The notes under the pieces were generated by a model. The model saw nothing but the letters and a program-made list of their open reading frames with translations. It ran no database searches and had not been told where the DNA came from. From contig JBBIGR010000001.1 of the NCBI GenBank assembly GCA_037447435.1, forward strand, positions 96,001-160,000: a stretch of 64,000 nucleotides of DNA, given 5' to 3'. Positions 20,840-31,228 of this stretch are shown piece by piece (the stretch's first letter is position 1; each line of letters begins with the position of its first letter). Position numbers and translations under genes: made by a program. Origin of the DNA: Fibrobacteria bacterium. Lineage in GTDB: Bacteria > Fibrobacterota > Chitinivibrionia > Chitinivibrionales > FEN-1185.

Positions 20840-22600
20840 ATGAATTTTTCAAACCCCAAGACCGTCATCCTCCACGACAATCAAAGCAAAAAATGGCTTT
20901 GTTTCAACTCGCCTCGGCAAATCATTCAAACTTCGGTAATTTCGGAAGTCGTCCCTTTCTTAAAAAAAATTGAGGGAATTGTAAATTCGCAAAACCAATA
21001 TGCCGCAGGCTTTGTAAGTTATGACGCCTCGCCTGCATTTGATAATGCATTATCCGTTCATACTAACAATGAAGATTTTCCCCTTTTATTGTGGTTTGGG
21101 ATTTTCGACAAACCCAAGCTCATGAATTTTTCGCATGAAAAATTAATTACACCAAACAGTATTGAAAATTGGCGTCGTGATTTTGAATTTGACAGCTATA
21201 AAAAGAAAATTGCATCAATTAAAAAAAGTATAGCCGCAGGTACGACTTATCAGGTCAATTATACCTTCCGTTTAAAAACCAGAATGAAAACAGATCCCTG
21301 GAGTTTTTTCAAAAATCTTGTGCATAGTCAAAGTCCATCGTATTCTGCATTTTTAAATATAGGCAGTCATTCGATTTGTTGTGCGTCTCCGGAACTGTTT
21401 TTCGCCTTGAATAAAAATAGACTGCGTTGCAAGCCCATGAAGGGTACGGCAGACCGCGGCCTTTTTTGGGATTCCGATTGCAATCAAAAACTATGGCTTC
21501 AAAATTCGGAAAAAAACAAAGCAGAAAATGTCATGATCGTCGACATGATTCGCAACGATATGGGGAAAATCGCGATCAATGCCTCGGTACAAGTTAAAAA
21601 TTTATTTGCTTGTGAAAAATTCCCGACGCTTTGGCAAATGACCTCGACCGTGGAATGCGATACGCGCTCTTCTATTTTGGATATTTTTTCCGCGCTGTTT
21701 CCTTGCGCTTCCATAACCGGCGCACCGAAAGTATCTACCGTGCGAATTATAAAAGACCTTGAATCGGAACACCGGGGTTTATATACGGGCAGTATCGGGT
21801 TTATTGCACCAAACCGAAAAGCACAGTTCAATGTTGCCATTCGAACCGCTGTTGTCGATAACTTACAAAAGACCGCATTGTACGGCGTCGGCGGCGGCAT
21901 TGTTTGGCAATCGAAAGCAAAAGAAGAATTCGAAGAATGTCGAATCAAGACAAACATACTGGCTAGCCCGCCTGCTGATTTTTCTCTTTTAGAAACAATG
22001 TTGTTTACTAAAAACCGCGGGATATATTTGCTCCCTTTGCATTGCAAACGGCTTGCCGGATCTGCAGCCTATTTTGATTTTTCCTGCAATATACGGGATA
22101 TAGCCAGGCAATTGCGTTTGTATTGTTCGAAACTGGGGCAAAACACGTATCGCATAAGACTGGTTCTTGACAAACAGGGTTCGGTCCGCATTGAAAGTTC
22201 CGTACTGAAACCGTTCGACACATCGATACCGTTCGTACTTTCACCCGCAACAACGCCGACACATTCCGCCAACCGTTTTTTATATCATAAGACGACAATG
22301 CGCGAATCGTACCATTCGGCATGGAAACAAAGGAAGAATTGCGATGACGTCGTTTTTTACAATGAAAAAATGCAAGTCACGGAAACAAGCATTGCAAACA
22401 TAGTGGTCAAAAAGCACGGAGAATATATCACGCCGGCACTCTCCTGCGGCCTATTGCCGGGGACCATGCGCCAGTATTTGTTGTCACGCAAGAAAATCAA
22501 GGAAGGGTCGCTTACCCTCAATGACCTAAAAAAGTCAAAAAAATTATTTATTATCAATTCGGTCCGGAAATGGCATCCCGCTACTATCGCGGAGGATTGA
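20840..22600 (+). CDS. pabB: Aminodeoxychorismate synthase component I fused to ADC lyase-like domain
   Basis: YQVNYT, SPELF, PMKGT, ENVMIVDMIRND, SITGAPK; C-terminal LLETM, HKTT, GLLPGTMR (class IV aminotransferase-like). Confidence 0.9.
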   Translation: MNFSNPKTVILHDNQSKKWLCFNSPRQIIQTSVISEVVPFLKKIEGIVNSQNQYAAGFVSYDASPAFDNALSVHTNNEDFPLLLWFGIFDKPKLMNFSHEKLITPNSIENWRRDFEFDSYKKKIASIKKSIAAGTTYQVNYTFRLKTRMKTDPWSFFKNLVHSQSPSYSAFLNIGSHSICCASPELFFALNKNRLRCKPMKGTADRGLFWDSDCNQKLWLQNSEKNKAENVMIVDMIRNDMGKIAINASVQVKNLFACEKFPTLWQMTSTVECDTRSSILDIFSALFPCASITGAPKVSTVRIIKDLESEHRGLYTGSIGFIAPNRKAQFNVAIRTAVVDNLQKTALYGVGGGIVWQSKAKEEFEECRIKTNILASPPADFSLLETMLFTKNRGIYLLPLHCKRLAGSAAYFDFSCNIRDIARQLRLYCSKLGQNTYRIRLVLDKQGSVRIESSVLKPFDTSIPFVLSPATTPTHSANRFLYHKTTMRESYHSAWKQRKNCDDVVFYNEKMQVTETSIANIVVKKHGEYITPALSCGLLPGTMRQYLLSRKKIKEGSLTLNDLKKSKKLFIINSVRKWHPATIAED

Positions 22601-25600
22601 TCGCCAGTTTTTCTATTTTGCTTTTTACCATTTTTTGGTCGTTGGCTGCAACGATTTGATACAAATAAACTCCCGGCGACAAGGAGTTGCCGAACGAGTC
22701 TTTTGCATCGAATTCCTGGCCCCTGTACGCATTGTCGAATACCCGTATCAATCGGCCCGAAAGCGTATAAATCCTGATCATGACCCGTATTGCGGTATTT
22801 CCGGTTTGGGCTGCCGTTTGCGATAAATCAAAATAAAACTTTGAAGTTTCACCCAATCGCATCGGGTTGGGATAATTGAATACATGATAAAGCGTCAATT
22901 CCTTGTCATCGGTTATTTCAAGACCTATTGTCTTATGCGACACATTACCGAGCATGTCTTGTGCGCTCACGGCAATTTTATAGGTTCCCGCCGGCCAGGC
23001 CGGACTTGCCTCAAAAGCAATCGTTGCGCTTCCGCGACGGTAATCACCCTGTAAAAACTGGAATTTCTGATTGATATTGGTACGTGCCTGATTTTTTGGC
23101 CCTGTTATTTCGTAGGTGATTCCTTCATCGGGACCGGTTGATACCGCGTCGATGCCGTTTGAGTCGGATATCGAGATTTCCATGGAAAAGGGACATGACG
23201 CCGAGATATTATCGGTAAACGAAGCACCCTTGGCTGCGACGCCCGGTGCCGATGTTGCCGACACTCCGGTATATATCGGCCGTGCCGCTATGACAGGGCC
23301 GCTGGTGTCGCTCACCGCTAATGTGTCGAACCCGTGAAAAACAAGATTGTTCTTCGTCCCAACCGCAATGTCGAGACCATGCCAGGCAAAGGCCGTCAGT
23401 TTGGCCCCTAACTTGTCGAAAGCAATATTCTTGGGCACCAGAATACGTTGGGTAAAAACTCCGTTCGTGACTTCAGTTTGACCGATGAATATCGGTGAAC
23501 CGGCTTTTTTATACGTAAAATCGACATTCGCGGTTCCGCCGTCTTTTCGTGATGCAAGATACGGCGGATTAAACATGCTGATTTGGACATTCGCCTTCAG
23601 GCTTTGGCTTGAGGAAAATGCCGGGTCAACGTTCGTTTCTCCTTTTTTAACCACGATGCCCTTGACAAGTATATGTTGCAGAGCTTTTACCGTATCGAGA
23701 TTCGCCCCGTTATCGGCAGTCAGAGTAAGCTTTATTTCATGGTCTCCTTGGCTGTACGCCAATGAAGGATCGCCCAGATACGAATACATTTTCTGGCTAT
23801 TATTGCTCAAGCAGGCGAATTTAGCCGCGGTAAGGGCGGCCCCATATGATTTTACTCCTCCGTTGTTGGATGGATTAAATATGGTCTGATAAAAATTCAA
23901 TGCAAGGTCTTTGTTGTCGGACGCATAAACGGAGCGCGTGGCGGAAATCGTGGCAACGGCACCGCTTTTCAAAGCGAGGATAAGATACTCGGAAAGGCTG
24001 CGGGTGGAACCCGGTTTATCGAACCTGCCTACCGAACAGGAAAACGAATTAACAATCGGATACATTCCGTTATTGGTCATATTGGCGATATTGTCGTACA
24101 TAAGCACGTGTTCGTCTGCCCAGACGTTATCGGCACCGTGACCGAAATAGTTCATAATGGCCACGCCGTTATTGACATTAGACACTATAGACTGTGCTGC
24201 CTCGGGCTTTTCCAGATTTGCATTCCAGGGGTAATCGAACAAATAGGTTTTCCTGATATCGATCCAGGGAGCAAGAGAATCGGTTATGGAATCGACATTT
24301 TCGGACGCCCACATATGTTCCAATTGCAAGGGATCGTGGTTGAGTCCCTGCATGTCGTCGTCGGCAACGAGCAGTATTCTGTTTCGCCATCCATTGACAA
24401 CCGCATACGACGGATCTTCGGTTTGAATGACCTTGTCGACCATTTGCGTCGCTTCGGTCACCGATTTGCAAGGAAAGCGACCTAAAAACACATCCGACGT
24501 CGCCGTCGGCGAAGAAGCATCTTCTCCTGATTGCAAATAGGTGAAGAAATCCTCGATACAGGAATTTCCGATTTCCGCAACCGGAATGTACACGGGATCT
24601 TCTGCAGATTCTATACCGCGGCAATCGTAATGCCCGCTGCCGAAAAAGGCGACATAAGCAAACGAGGAATCGTGGAGTTGGTCTCGCTGATAGGTATAAA
24701 TGTAGGCCAGGCAATTCCGTATGGCACTCGGATCGACCTTGCCTCCTGAGAATTGATTATACAGATCGGTTGTTGACAACACCATCGGGTTTTTGAATGT
24801 TCCGATGTTCTTTTTATGGGTTGCAAGCTTGCGCGCCGGCGTTAAAAAATCGGGATGCGATATGATGAGGTAATCGATCGGCGTGCCGTAGGTTCTTACA
24901 TTATTAATAACGAAACTGTTCGTTACGGGCGATGCCGCCTGTTGAAGGGTCGGCGCGGTGTCGATTCCCGTTTCGGTACATGCATAATATCTGATGCCCG
25001 CATTCGACGTATCGGTCCATTCGTAATTGGCAACATTGCGCACTGTATCGATGAGGGTAATCGAACTGTCCCAATTTGTAATGCGGAAAAGGTACACGAG
25101 ATCGTTGCCGATACCCGAAAGCCGATACCGAGTAAGTCCAGGCGATTCGGCCGAAAAAACCGTCAGTGTTTTCTTGCCCGTCATATCGATTTTTTTGGAA
25201 TAGGCGAATTCGATTCCCATAAGCTCCATGCTGTCGGAACTTTGCCCGCTGGTTTTTATCGTGAACGGTTTGCCGTCGCCGGGATACGGCGTATTTATCC
25301 ATTGATTCCATCCGCATTCGCCGCACACGGTTTGATTTCCGTAGCTAATTGCCGTAGAAATGGAACCCAGGGAATAACCCGGCCATAAAAACAGGCTGCA
25401 CGGTGCCGTCGCATCTATATCCGGAAGCGTCACATCCGGTACCGTGAAGGAAGGATTATACATGGTCAATATAGTCCAGGCAAAGTCCATGCCGCCTTCG
25501 GCTCCGCCGCTATGTGATTTGAAAGACGATCGTTTGAGCAGGTAATGTCCCCTGCCCGACGTCGCAACGTCCGCGGCAACAACGGGACTGGGTTTGCTCG

Positions 25601-26699
25601 GCGCAAGCGACAGGGCCGGCGAGGTCTTGAGCGAAAGCCAGTAATGCCGGTAATCGTCGTATCTGTCCAGCTTGTAGGTAAAGTGATTCGCCGGATTTTC
25701 GCTGCTTGCATTTACCGTTTCGTAATGCCAATCGGACGTTGAGCTGACATAGGCCAGAACATATTCCGACGTATCGAGGGTACCTGTTTTTCCATTGTCA
25801 TGCCGCAGAAGCGGGATTTCGGTAAGCCCGTCGGGGATGGATGAAAAGCCCGGAGTTATGGGGTCCATTTCCCCTTTGCATGACGCATACAGCGCGATGT
25901 TCGATAAGGACACGTTGGTTCCGAAAATCCGTATCAGGTCGGCACCTTTGATTTTTATCACCCTGTTTTCGTTTATGGTTCCTTCGTTAAGGGCGTTATG
26001 GCCGTCGCCGATGTCGAAGCGGGCGGCTTTGTCGCCGGGCAATATCGGTATCTGTCGGATTTTGGCTTGCTTTGCAAGCGTAGATGTCGTTGACCAGGAT
26101 TTTGCTATCGGATAATTCATAATAAGAGTGGAAAGCATTCTTGCGAAATCGGATTTTCCGGGGCCGGCTGTCGCAGTTCGGGATACCGACGTCGGCGGAA
26201 AGGTTATGGTGAAAACTCCTTTGTCGAGCACTTGCAACGTCTTTGTCGCGGGGTCGTATATAAACGGTCGCAATACAAATTGCTTGCAGGATAATCCCGA
26301 AAAGGTTTTTGCCATGCCGGAAGAAAGCCATGCTGCAGGGGAAAATGAAAGACCGGGATAGCGTTTCGCCGTTTGATACGACTTCCGGGTCGTAATCTGC
26401 TTTGTCAAAACCACCGCATGCGTTGCCGATGCCTGAAACGTGGCCGACGACTCGCCCGATTTCGGCACCCCGATTACGAACGAATAACCCGGAATCATCG
26501 GCTCGTTATTTTCTCCCAAATCTATGTTTGAGCCTTCAAACGACAATTGTGTCCGATCGGCGCTTTGCGCCATGGCCACCTTGTCGGTTGTCCATTCAAA
26601 GGTGCACTTTTGCGCCGTGTTTTCGAGAATCCGAATGCCCGCCTGACTAATACACACCATAAAAAGGCTAAAAAACAACGTCGTTTGAAATTTACCCAT
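22584..26699 (-). CDS. porU: Type IX secretion system sortase PorU (peptidase C25 family)
   Basis: DYLIISH, YNQFSGG, GRFP, NYFGHG (catalytic His), SCSVGRFD (catalytic Cys), LGDP; C-terminal NYPNP...IYTLSGRLIR...GVYLY. Confidence 0.85.
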   Translation of the reverse strand: MGKFQTTLFFSLFMVCISQAGIRILENTAQKCTFEWTTDKVAMAQSADRTQLSFEGSNIDLGENNEPMIPGYSFVIGVPKSGESSATFQASATHAVVLTKQITTRKSYQTAKRYPGLSFSPAAWLSSGMAKTFSGLSCKQFVLRPFIYDPATKTLQVLDKGVFTITFPPTSVSRTATAGPGKSDFARMLSTLIMNYPIAKSWSTTSTLAKQAKIRQIPILPGDKAARFDIGDGHNALNEGTINENRVIKIKGADLIRIFGTNVSLSNIALYASCKGEMDPITPGFSSIPDGLTEIPLLRHDNGKTGTLDTSEYVLAYVSSTSDWHYETVNASSENPANHFTYKLDRYDDYRHYWLSLKTSPALSLAPSKPSPVVAADVATSGRGHYLLKRSSFKSHSGGAEGGMDFAWTILTMYNPSFTVPDVTLPDIDATAPCSLFLWPGYSLGSISTAISYGNQTVCGECGWNQWINTPYPGDGKPFTIKTSGQSSDSMELMGIEFAYSKKIDMTGKKTLTVFSAESPGLTRYRLSGIGNDLVYLFRITNWDSSITLIDTVRNVANYEWTDTSNAGIRYYACTETGIDTAPTLQQAASPVTNSFVINNVRTYGTPIDYLIISHPDFLTPARKLATHKKNIGTFKNPMVLSTTDLYNQFSGGKVDPSAIRNCLAYIYTYQRDQLHDSSFAYVAFFGSGHYDCRGIESAEDPVYIPVAEIGNSCIEDFFTYLQSGEDASSPTATSDVFLGRFPCKSVTEATQMVDKVIQTEDPSYAVVNGWRNRILLVADDDMQGLNHDPLQLEHMWASENVDSITDSLAPWIDIRKTYLFDYPWNANLEKPEAAQSIVSNVNNGVAIMNYFGHGADNVWADEHVLMYDNIANMTNNGMYPIVNSFSCSVGRFDKPGSTRSLSEYLILALKSGAVATISATRSVYASDNKDLALNFYQTIFNPSNNGGVKSYGAALTAAKFACLSNNSQKMYSYLGDPSLAYSQGDHEIKLTLTADNGANLDTVKALQHILVKGIVVKKGETNVDPAFSSSQSLKANVQISMFNPPYLASRKDGGTANVDFTYKKAGSPIFIGQTEVTNGVFTQRILVPKNIAFDKLGAKLTAFAWHGLDIAVGTKNNLVFHGFDTLAVSDTSGPVIAARPIYTGVSATSAPGVAAKGASFTDNISASCPFSMEISISDSNGIDAVSTGPDEGITYEITGPKNQARTNINQKFQFLQGDYRRGSATIAFEASPAWPAGTYKIAVSAQDMLGNVSHKTIGLEITDDKELTLYHVFNYPNPMRLGETSKFYFDLSQTAAQTGNTAIRVMIRIYTLSGRLIRVFDNAYRGQEFDAKDSFGNSLSPGVYLYQIVAANDQKMVKSKIEKLAINPPR

Positions 26700-26843
26700 G
26701 AATGATTCGATTCCTTTTTGGGGAAAAAAATTGCTTTATTCATTTATTACGATTCTAAAATACTATTTGATGTCGCAAACTGTTTGATTGTATGAAAATC
26801 ATGAACAAGATATCGATTGAAGTCGTGAAGTAGTTTAGAAGAT

Positions 26844-28025
26844 ATGAAAAAAATACTGGCCATAGAAAAACTGGTCCATGGCGGGTTGGGACTGTGCCGT
26901 GCAGAAAACGGAGTGATTTTTGTCGATGCCGTAGCTCCGGGCGATAGCATAGAAATTGAAACCGACACGATACAAAAAATCCAAAAAACCATGCATGTGC
27001 ATGCTTTTTCGCTCATTACACCGTCGGCAATGAGAAGAAAGCCGTCGTGCCCGTATTTCGGCGTTTGCGGCGGCTGCAATTGGTTGCATTTGACATATGA
27101 AGCCCAACTAGCAATAAAAAAACAAATCATAAGCGAGACGCTTGCCCGTATCGGAAAAATCAAGGATATTCCCGATTTGGCTGTTTTTTCCTCGCCGGAA
27201 TTTTCGTATCGCCGCAGGGTGCAATTTAAAATTGACGCACAAAAGAAAACAATCGGCTTTTACAAAAGAAGATCAAATGACATCGTCGAAATCGATTCCT
27301 GCCCTCTCTTATGCGACCCGATAAACGCCTTGCTTGGAAAAATCCGGGAGAATACAGCATCGATAAAACCCCATATCGATGAAGTAAAAGCAATTGCCGG
27401 CAACAATTCCGACGGACTTTTTTCGACAGTCGCCTCCTATCCATGCTTTACAAACATATCGACGGCAAACACAGAAATCTATTGCGACGGTTATGTTTTT
27501 CCCGTATTGGGCAATGGCTTTTTCCAAGGAAACCGGTTTTGCGCTTCCCAACTTGGTGCTTGGGTTGCCGAACAGTGCTGCGGCAACATGTTTTTAGACC
27601 TTTATGGCGGCAGCGGATTTTTCTCGGTTTATTTGGCAAAGAAATTTAAAACAGGCTTGCTTGCGGAATCGGTCCCATCACACACAAATATGGCAGAAAA
27701 AACTTTTATTAAAAACGGAATATCTTCTGTGCAAATAAGAAACGGTCATACCATGACGATACTTCAGCAAATAATTGCGGAAAAAACTCCAATAGATTGG
27801 TGCATCGTTGATCCGCCCAGAACCGGACTCGAAAAAGGAATGTGCGAAGCATTAAATAAAGCAGAATGCCGGAATATTATTTATGTATCGTGCGATATTG
27901 CGACACAGGCTCGTGATGCGGGTATTTTAATAAATCAAATGGGATATCATATCAAAAAATCCGCATTTTTCGATATGTATCCCCAAACACATCATATGGA
28001 AACCGTTCTGGTTCTATCCCGTTAA
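26844..28025 (+). CDS. rlmD: 23S rRNA (uracil-C5)-methyltransferase, RlmD/TrmA family
   Basis: TRAM N-terminus; CPYFGVCGGC Fe-S motif; FFQGN, DPPRTG, YVSC, DMYPQTHHME. Confidence 0.88.
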   Translation: MKKILAIEKLVHGGLGLCRAENGVIFVDAVAPGDSIEIETDTIQKIQKTMHVHAFSLITPSAMRRKPSCPYFGVCGGCNWLHLTYEAQLAIKKQIISETLARIGKIKDIPDLAVFSSPEFSYRRRVQFKIDAQKKTIGFYKRRSNDIVEIDSCPLLCDPINALLGKIRENTASIKPHIDEVKAIAGNNSDGLFSTVASYPCFTNISTANTEIYCDGYVFPVLGNGFFQGNRFCASQLGAWVAEQCCGNMFLDLYGGSGFFSVYLAKKFKTGLLAESVPSHTNMAEKTFIKNGISSVQIRNGHTMTILQQIIAEKTPIDWCIVDPPRTGLEKGMCEALNKAECRNIIYVSCDIATQARDAGILINQMGYHIKKSAFFDMYPQTHHMETVLVLSR

Positions 28026-28037
28026 AAAGCGACAGTG

Positions 28038-28325
28038 TCAGCGAGCCATTCGCTCAAGCGAAACTGGTTCCAACCACGCTTTTTTAAAAGCCACCTCTCC
28101 TGACTGGCTTTCAAAACCGGACTTCGTTGACACTGCCCTGAAAATACAGGAACCATTAAAACTGTTTCCGTTTTGTTCCAAAGACGCTATTCCTTCAAGA
28201 GGGATTGACTTGTGATTATGAAAATAGGCCTCTATATATGTTTCCCTGCTTACCTTCATCAAACTGAAAGCTCCTACAAAAGTCGCAAAGGTTACAATCA
28301 TGATCAATTTCATACCTACCCCCAA
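28038..28325 (-). CDS. Hypothetical protein
   Basis: 95-aa ORF with hydrophobic N-terminus; no recognised motif. Confidence 0.45.
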   Translation of the reverse strand: MGVGMKLIMIVTFATFVGAFSLMKVSRETYIEAYFHNHKSIPLEGIASLEQNGNSFNGSCIFRAVSTKSGFESQSGEVAFKKAWLEPVSLERMAR

Positions 28326-28427
28326 TTCTATCCGGGAGTCCTTTGATTAAATCCATTTGCAGGGGATTAATCATTAAAAAAACTTTTCGTTTTCAAATAA
28401 TAGGGCATTACTCTATCCATATAATGT

Positions 28428-28443
28428 ATCAAAAGCTATGCCA
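28428..28443 (-). promoter_or_regulatory. Possible sigma54 promoter (variant -12)
   Basis: Minus strand TGGCATAGCTTTTGAT = GG-N10-GA, upstream of 28038..28325. Confidence 0.35.
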
Positions 28444-28489
28444 CTTTTTAAATCTCCATTTCGGTAAAATTCATTTTTCCAATAAAATT

Positions 28490-28525
28490 AAAAAGGCTGC
28501 AATTTTTAAAAAAAGCAGCCTTTTT
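28490..28525 (-). terminator. Intrinsic terminator after dfx
   Basis: AAAAAGGCTGC...GCAGCCTTTTT inverted repeat 30 bp past the dfx stop. Confidence 0.7.
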
Positions 28526-28554
28526 ATAACTACCAGTAATTCAATTGATTAGGC

Positions 28555-28938
28555 TTATTTAGTAGCCCACAAACCATGCAAATTACAAAATTCTCGGGCA
28601 ATAAGTGGCACATTTTCTTCGACAAGAAACTCTGCTTCGGCAACAGTATCACCTTCGGTGAAATCATGACGAAGCACTTTTTTACCAGCAATGAGTTCGA
28701 CATTGAGAATGTAATGCTCTTTAGTCATCGGATGCGCAACAGATCCAACTTTCACTGTGACTTTGTTGCCGTTTCTTTCGATAACCGGAACATGCTTTTC
28801 TTTTGCTGCATCTGTAGTGTTTGCAATAAGTTGCTTCATTTCTTTCCCGCAACAAATTACTGCTTCGCCACCATTCCACAACGATTCGACAATAACGCCG
28901 CAACCATCACACTTATAAATTGCCTTTTTCTCAACCAT
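28555..28938 (-). CDS. dfx: Desulfoferrodoxin (2Fe superoxide reductase)
   Basis: CDGC...CCG centre I; EKHVP, HPM, HYI, CNLHG centre II. Confidence 0.95.
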   Translation of the reverse strand: MVEKKAIYKCDGCGVIVESLWNGGEAVICCGKEMKQLIANTTDAAKEKHVPVIERNGNKVTVKVGSVAHPMTKEHYILNVELIAGKKVLRHDFTEGDTVAEAEFLVEENVPLIAREFCNLHGLWATK

Positions 28939-29025
28939 GAAAAACTCCCTTTAGTTTAAATGAATATTATTGATCTACTAAATTAATTTTGCGATATTAA
29001 ACAGTACTTTTCATCATCTTTTTGA

Positions 29026-29041
29026 AGCAATCTACATGCCG
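29026..29041 (-). promoter_or_regulatory. Sigma54 (-24/-12) promoter of dfx
   Basis: Minus strand CGGCATGTAGATTGCT = GG-N10-GC with TTGC at -12; about 90 bp upstream of dfx. Confidence 0.65.
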
Positions 29042-29169
29042 CACATTAAAAAAGGTACTTTTCGGGTTTTTTGCCTTATTTAGCCTGTTTAAGATATTAT
29101 CTTATTTGGGCGAATTTTTCTACAAATTAATAATTTTTCTCATTTTCTCAAAATGATATTCTCGATTTA

Positions 29170-30987
29170 TTAATTTTGAGAATTCTCATCTTCGGAAGAA
29201 ATTCCCAATTTTTTTAATTTTCGGAATAATGTGGCTTTGTGAATTCCCAACTTTTCCGCTGCCTTGATTTTGCTGCCATGTGTTTCGGCAAGTACGGACA
29301 ATAAAAACAGCTTTTCAAGCTCATCAAAATTTTTTACGGTCGCTAAGGTTTTAATTGCCCGATCTTGATCGACATTTTTTATATGATCCGGTAAATGATG
29401 GGATCCGATAACCGGATCCTTGCAGAAAATAAACGCATGTTCGATAATATTTTCGAGTTCCCTGATATTTCCCGGATATTCATAGGATAGCAAGCAATCT
29501 TGTGCTTCTTTGGACATACCTTCGATGATTTTATTATATCGAACATTGAATTTATTAATAAAATGATCGCACAAAAGCGGTACATCGCCGCGTCGGTCGC
29601 GCAGCGGCGGCAGCTTTATAACCAGTACGTTAATTCGGTACAGCAAATCTTCCCTGAAATCCTGAGTTTTAACAAGGGCATTTAAATCTTTGTTTGTCGC
29701 GGCTATAACCCGGACATCGACCTTGACTTGCTCCATAGCGCCGAGCGGTTCAAAGGTTTTTTCCTGCAGCACGCGCAACAACTTGACCTGCATCGCCGGG
29801 GAAATGTCTCCTATTTCGTCGAGAAATATCGTGCCGCCGTGTGCGCGGGAAAAAATTCCTGCTTTGTCTTTTTTAGCATCGGTAAATGCACCCGCTTTAT
29901 AGCCGAAGAGTTCCGATTCAAGCAGATTGTCGGGCAAGGCCGAACAATTGACTGCGATAAACGGTTTTGATTTACGATCGGACATTTCGTGAAGGGATCG
30001 GGCCACAAGTTCCTTTCCCGTTCCGCTTTCGCCGGTAACGAGCACGGTTGCCGGAGTTGTGGCTACCTGGGATACGATCGTAAATATGCCCTTCATCGCC
30101 GAACTTCGACCTACCATATTGTTGAATGTCGATTGCTCCATCATTTCTTTTCGGAGGTTCGCTACCTGATGCCGGGCATCTTCGGCTTCACGCTTCACAT
30201 TTTGGATACGGTCTTGTTCGGCGAGTTTCTTTTCTGTAATGTCCTGTACCTGAACAAGCAGCAATTCGCCTTTTTCCAGCGGTGTTATATTCCATAACAG
30301 GTCTTTTTGTTTGTCGGCGTTTTGAGCAGAGGGCTCGGGATTTTTATGCAATATCGTTTCCAGTTCGATACTTTGGCCTTGTTCAAGTACCAGCTTGTTT
30401 GCTTCGGAGATATTCACATACGCAAATAGTGAGGGCATATACATGATTTCATCCGCGATTTTCTTCATTCCGAAAATCTTGTGAAACGATTGATTCATTT
30501 CATTGACTTGACCGTTTTTATCGAAAAGTGCAATACCGATTGGCGACCAAGACACAATGCTTTTGAAACGTTTTTCGCTGTCTAAAAGCTTTTTTTGCGC
30601 TTCATATCTATCGGTAATGTCGACGATGCACATGCGAAGGCCGCGCTGGGGCAAAATAGGCGCGGAATTTACAAGAATATGCAACACTCTATTGTCTTTC
30701 CCGTTAACGCAATATTCGACTGCGTTCCCGAAATCGCCGTTGAATATATTTTGTATGTCCTTTTCCGCTTTGGTTTTGTCCTGCGGTGAAATAACGTCGA
30801 ACAGGTAAATCCCTTTTTCAATTTGATCTTTTGTCAAGCTAAACAGTTCCATGCCCTTGGCATTTATGTAGCCCAGCTTGAAATTTTCATCCCATTCGCA
30901 GATTATGGCAGGCAAAAGCATTGCTATGTCTTTAAACCTTTTTTCGCTTTCCCGTAGGACCGTTTCCGTGTTCGATGAATTATGCAT
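29170..30987 (-). CDS. PAS-domain sigma54-dependent transcriptional activator (Fis-type HTH)
   Basis: Two PAS-like domains; GESGTGKE, ESELFG, GAFTDA, LDEIG, PGNIREL; C-terminal HTH (AAEKLGIHKATLFRK). Confidence 0.93.
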   Translation of the reverse strand: MHNSSNTETVLRESEKRFKDIAMLLPAIICEWDENFKLGYINAKGMELFSLTKDQIEKGIYLFDVISPQDKTKAEKDIQNIFNGDFGNAVEYCVNGKDNRVLHILVNSAPILPQRGLRMCIVDITDRYEAQKKLLDSEKRFKSIVSWSPIGIALFDKNGQVNEMNQSFHKIFGMKKIADEIMYMPSLFAYVNISEANKLVLEQGQSIELETILHKNPEPSAQNADKQKDLLWNITPLEKGELLLVQVQDITEKKLAEQDRIQNVKREAEDARHQVANLRKEMMEQSTFNNMVGRSSAMKGIFTIVSQVATTPATVLVTGESGTGKELVARSLHEMSDRKSKPFIAVNCSALPDNLLESELFGYKAGAFTDAKKDKAGIFSRAHGGTIFLDEIGDISPAMQVKLLRVLQEKTFEPLGAMEQVKVDVRVIAATNKDLNALVKTQDFREDLLYRINVLVIKLPPLRDRRGDVPLLCDHFINKFNVRYNKIIEGMSKEAQDCLLSYEYPGNIRELENIIEHAFIFCKDPVIGSHHLPDHIKNVDQDRAIKTLATVKNFDELEKLFLLSVLAETHGSKIKAAEKLGIHKATLFRKLKKLGISSEDENSQN

Positions 30988-31069
30988 GTTTTATCTTTCT
31001 TTAACTATTGTCGCATTAGTAACTAAATAGAAAATCTCTACGCAATATGCGTGAATAAAATCACAGCTA

Positions 31070-31102
31070 GAACTATTCGGTTGCGAAGCAACCGAATAGT
31101 TC
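31070..31102. repeat. Perfect 15-bp inverted repeat with GAA loop
   Basis: GAACTATTCGGTTGC-GAA-GCAACCGAATAGTTC between divergent genes. Confidence 0.85.
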
Positions 31103-31228
31103 CTTTTTAGGAAAATAGCTTGAAAGAATTAAATTTACAAGATTTAACCCGATTGATTCATTTACAGGTTTCTTTGTCCTGTTGCATTTTACTATATTGC
31201 TTTCATTAAAAGGATAGCGGAGGGAATC

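Noticed and set aside
20840..22600. pabB-pabC fusion as a novelty
   Set aside because: Common, already known fusion
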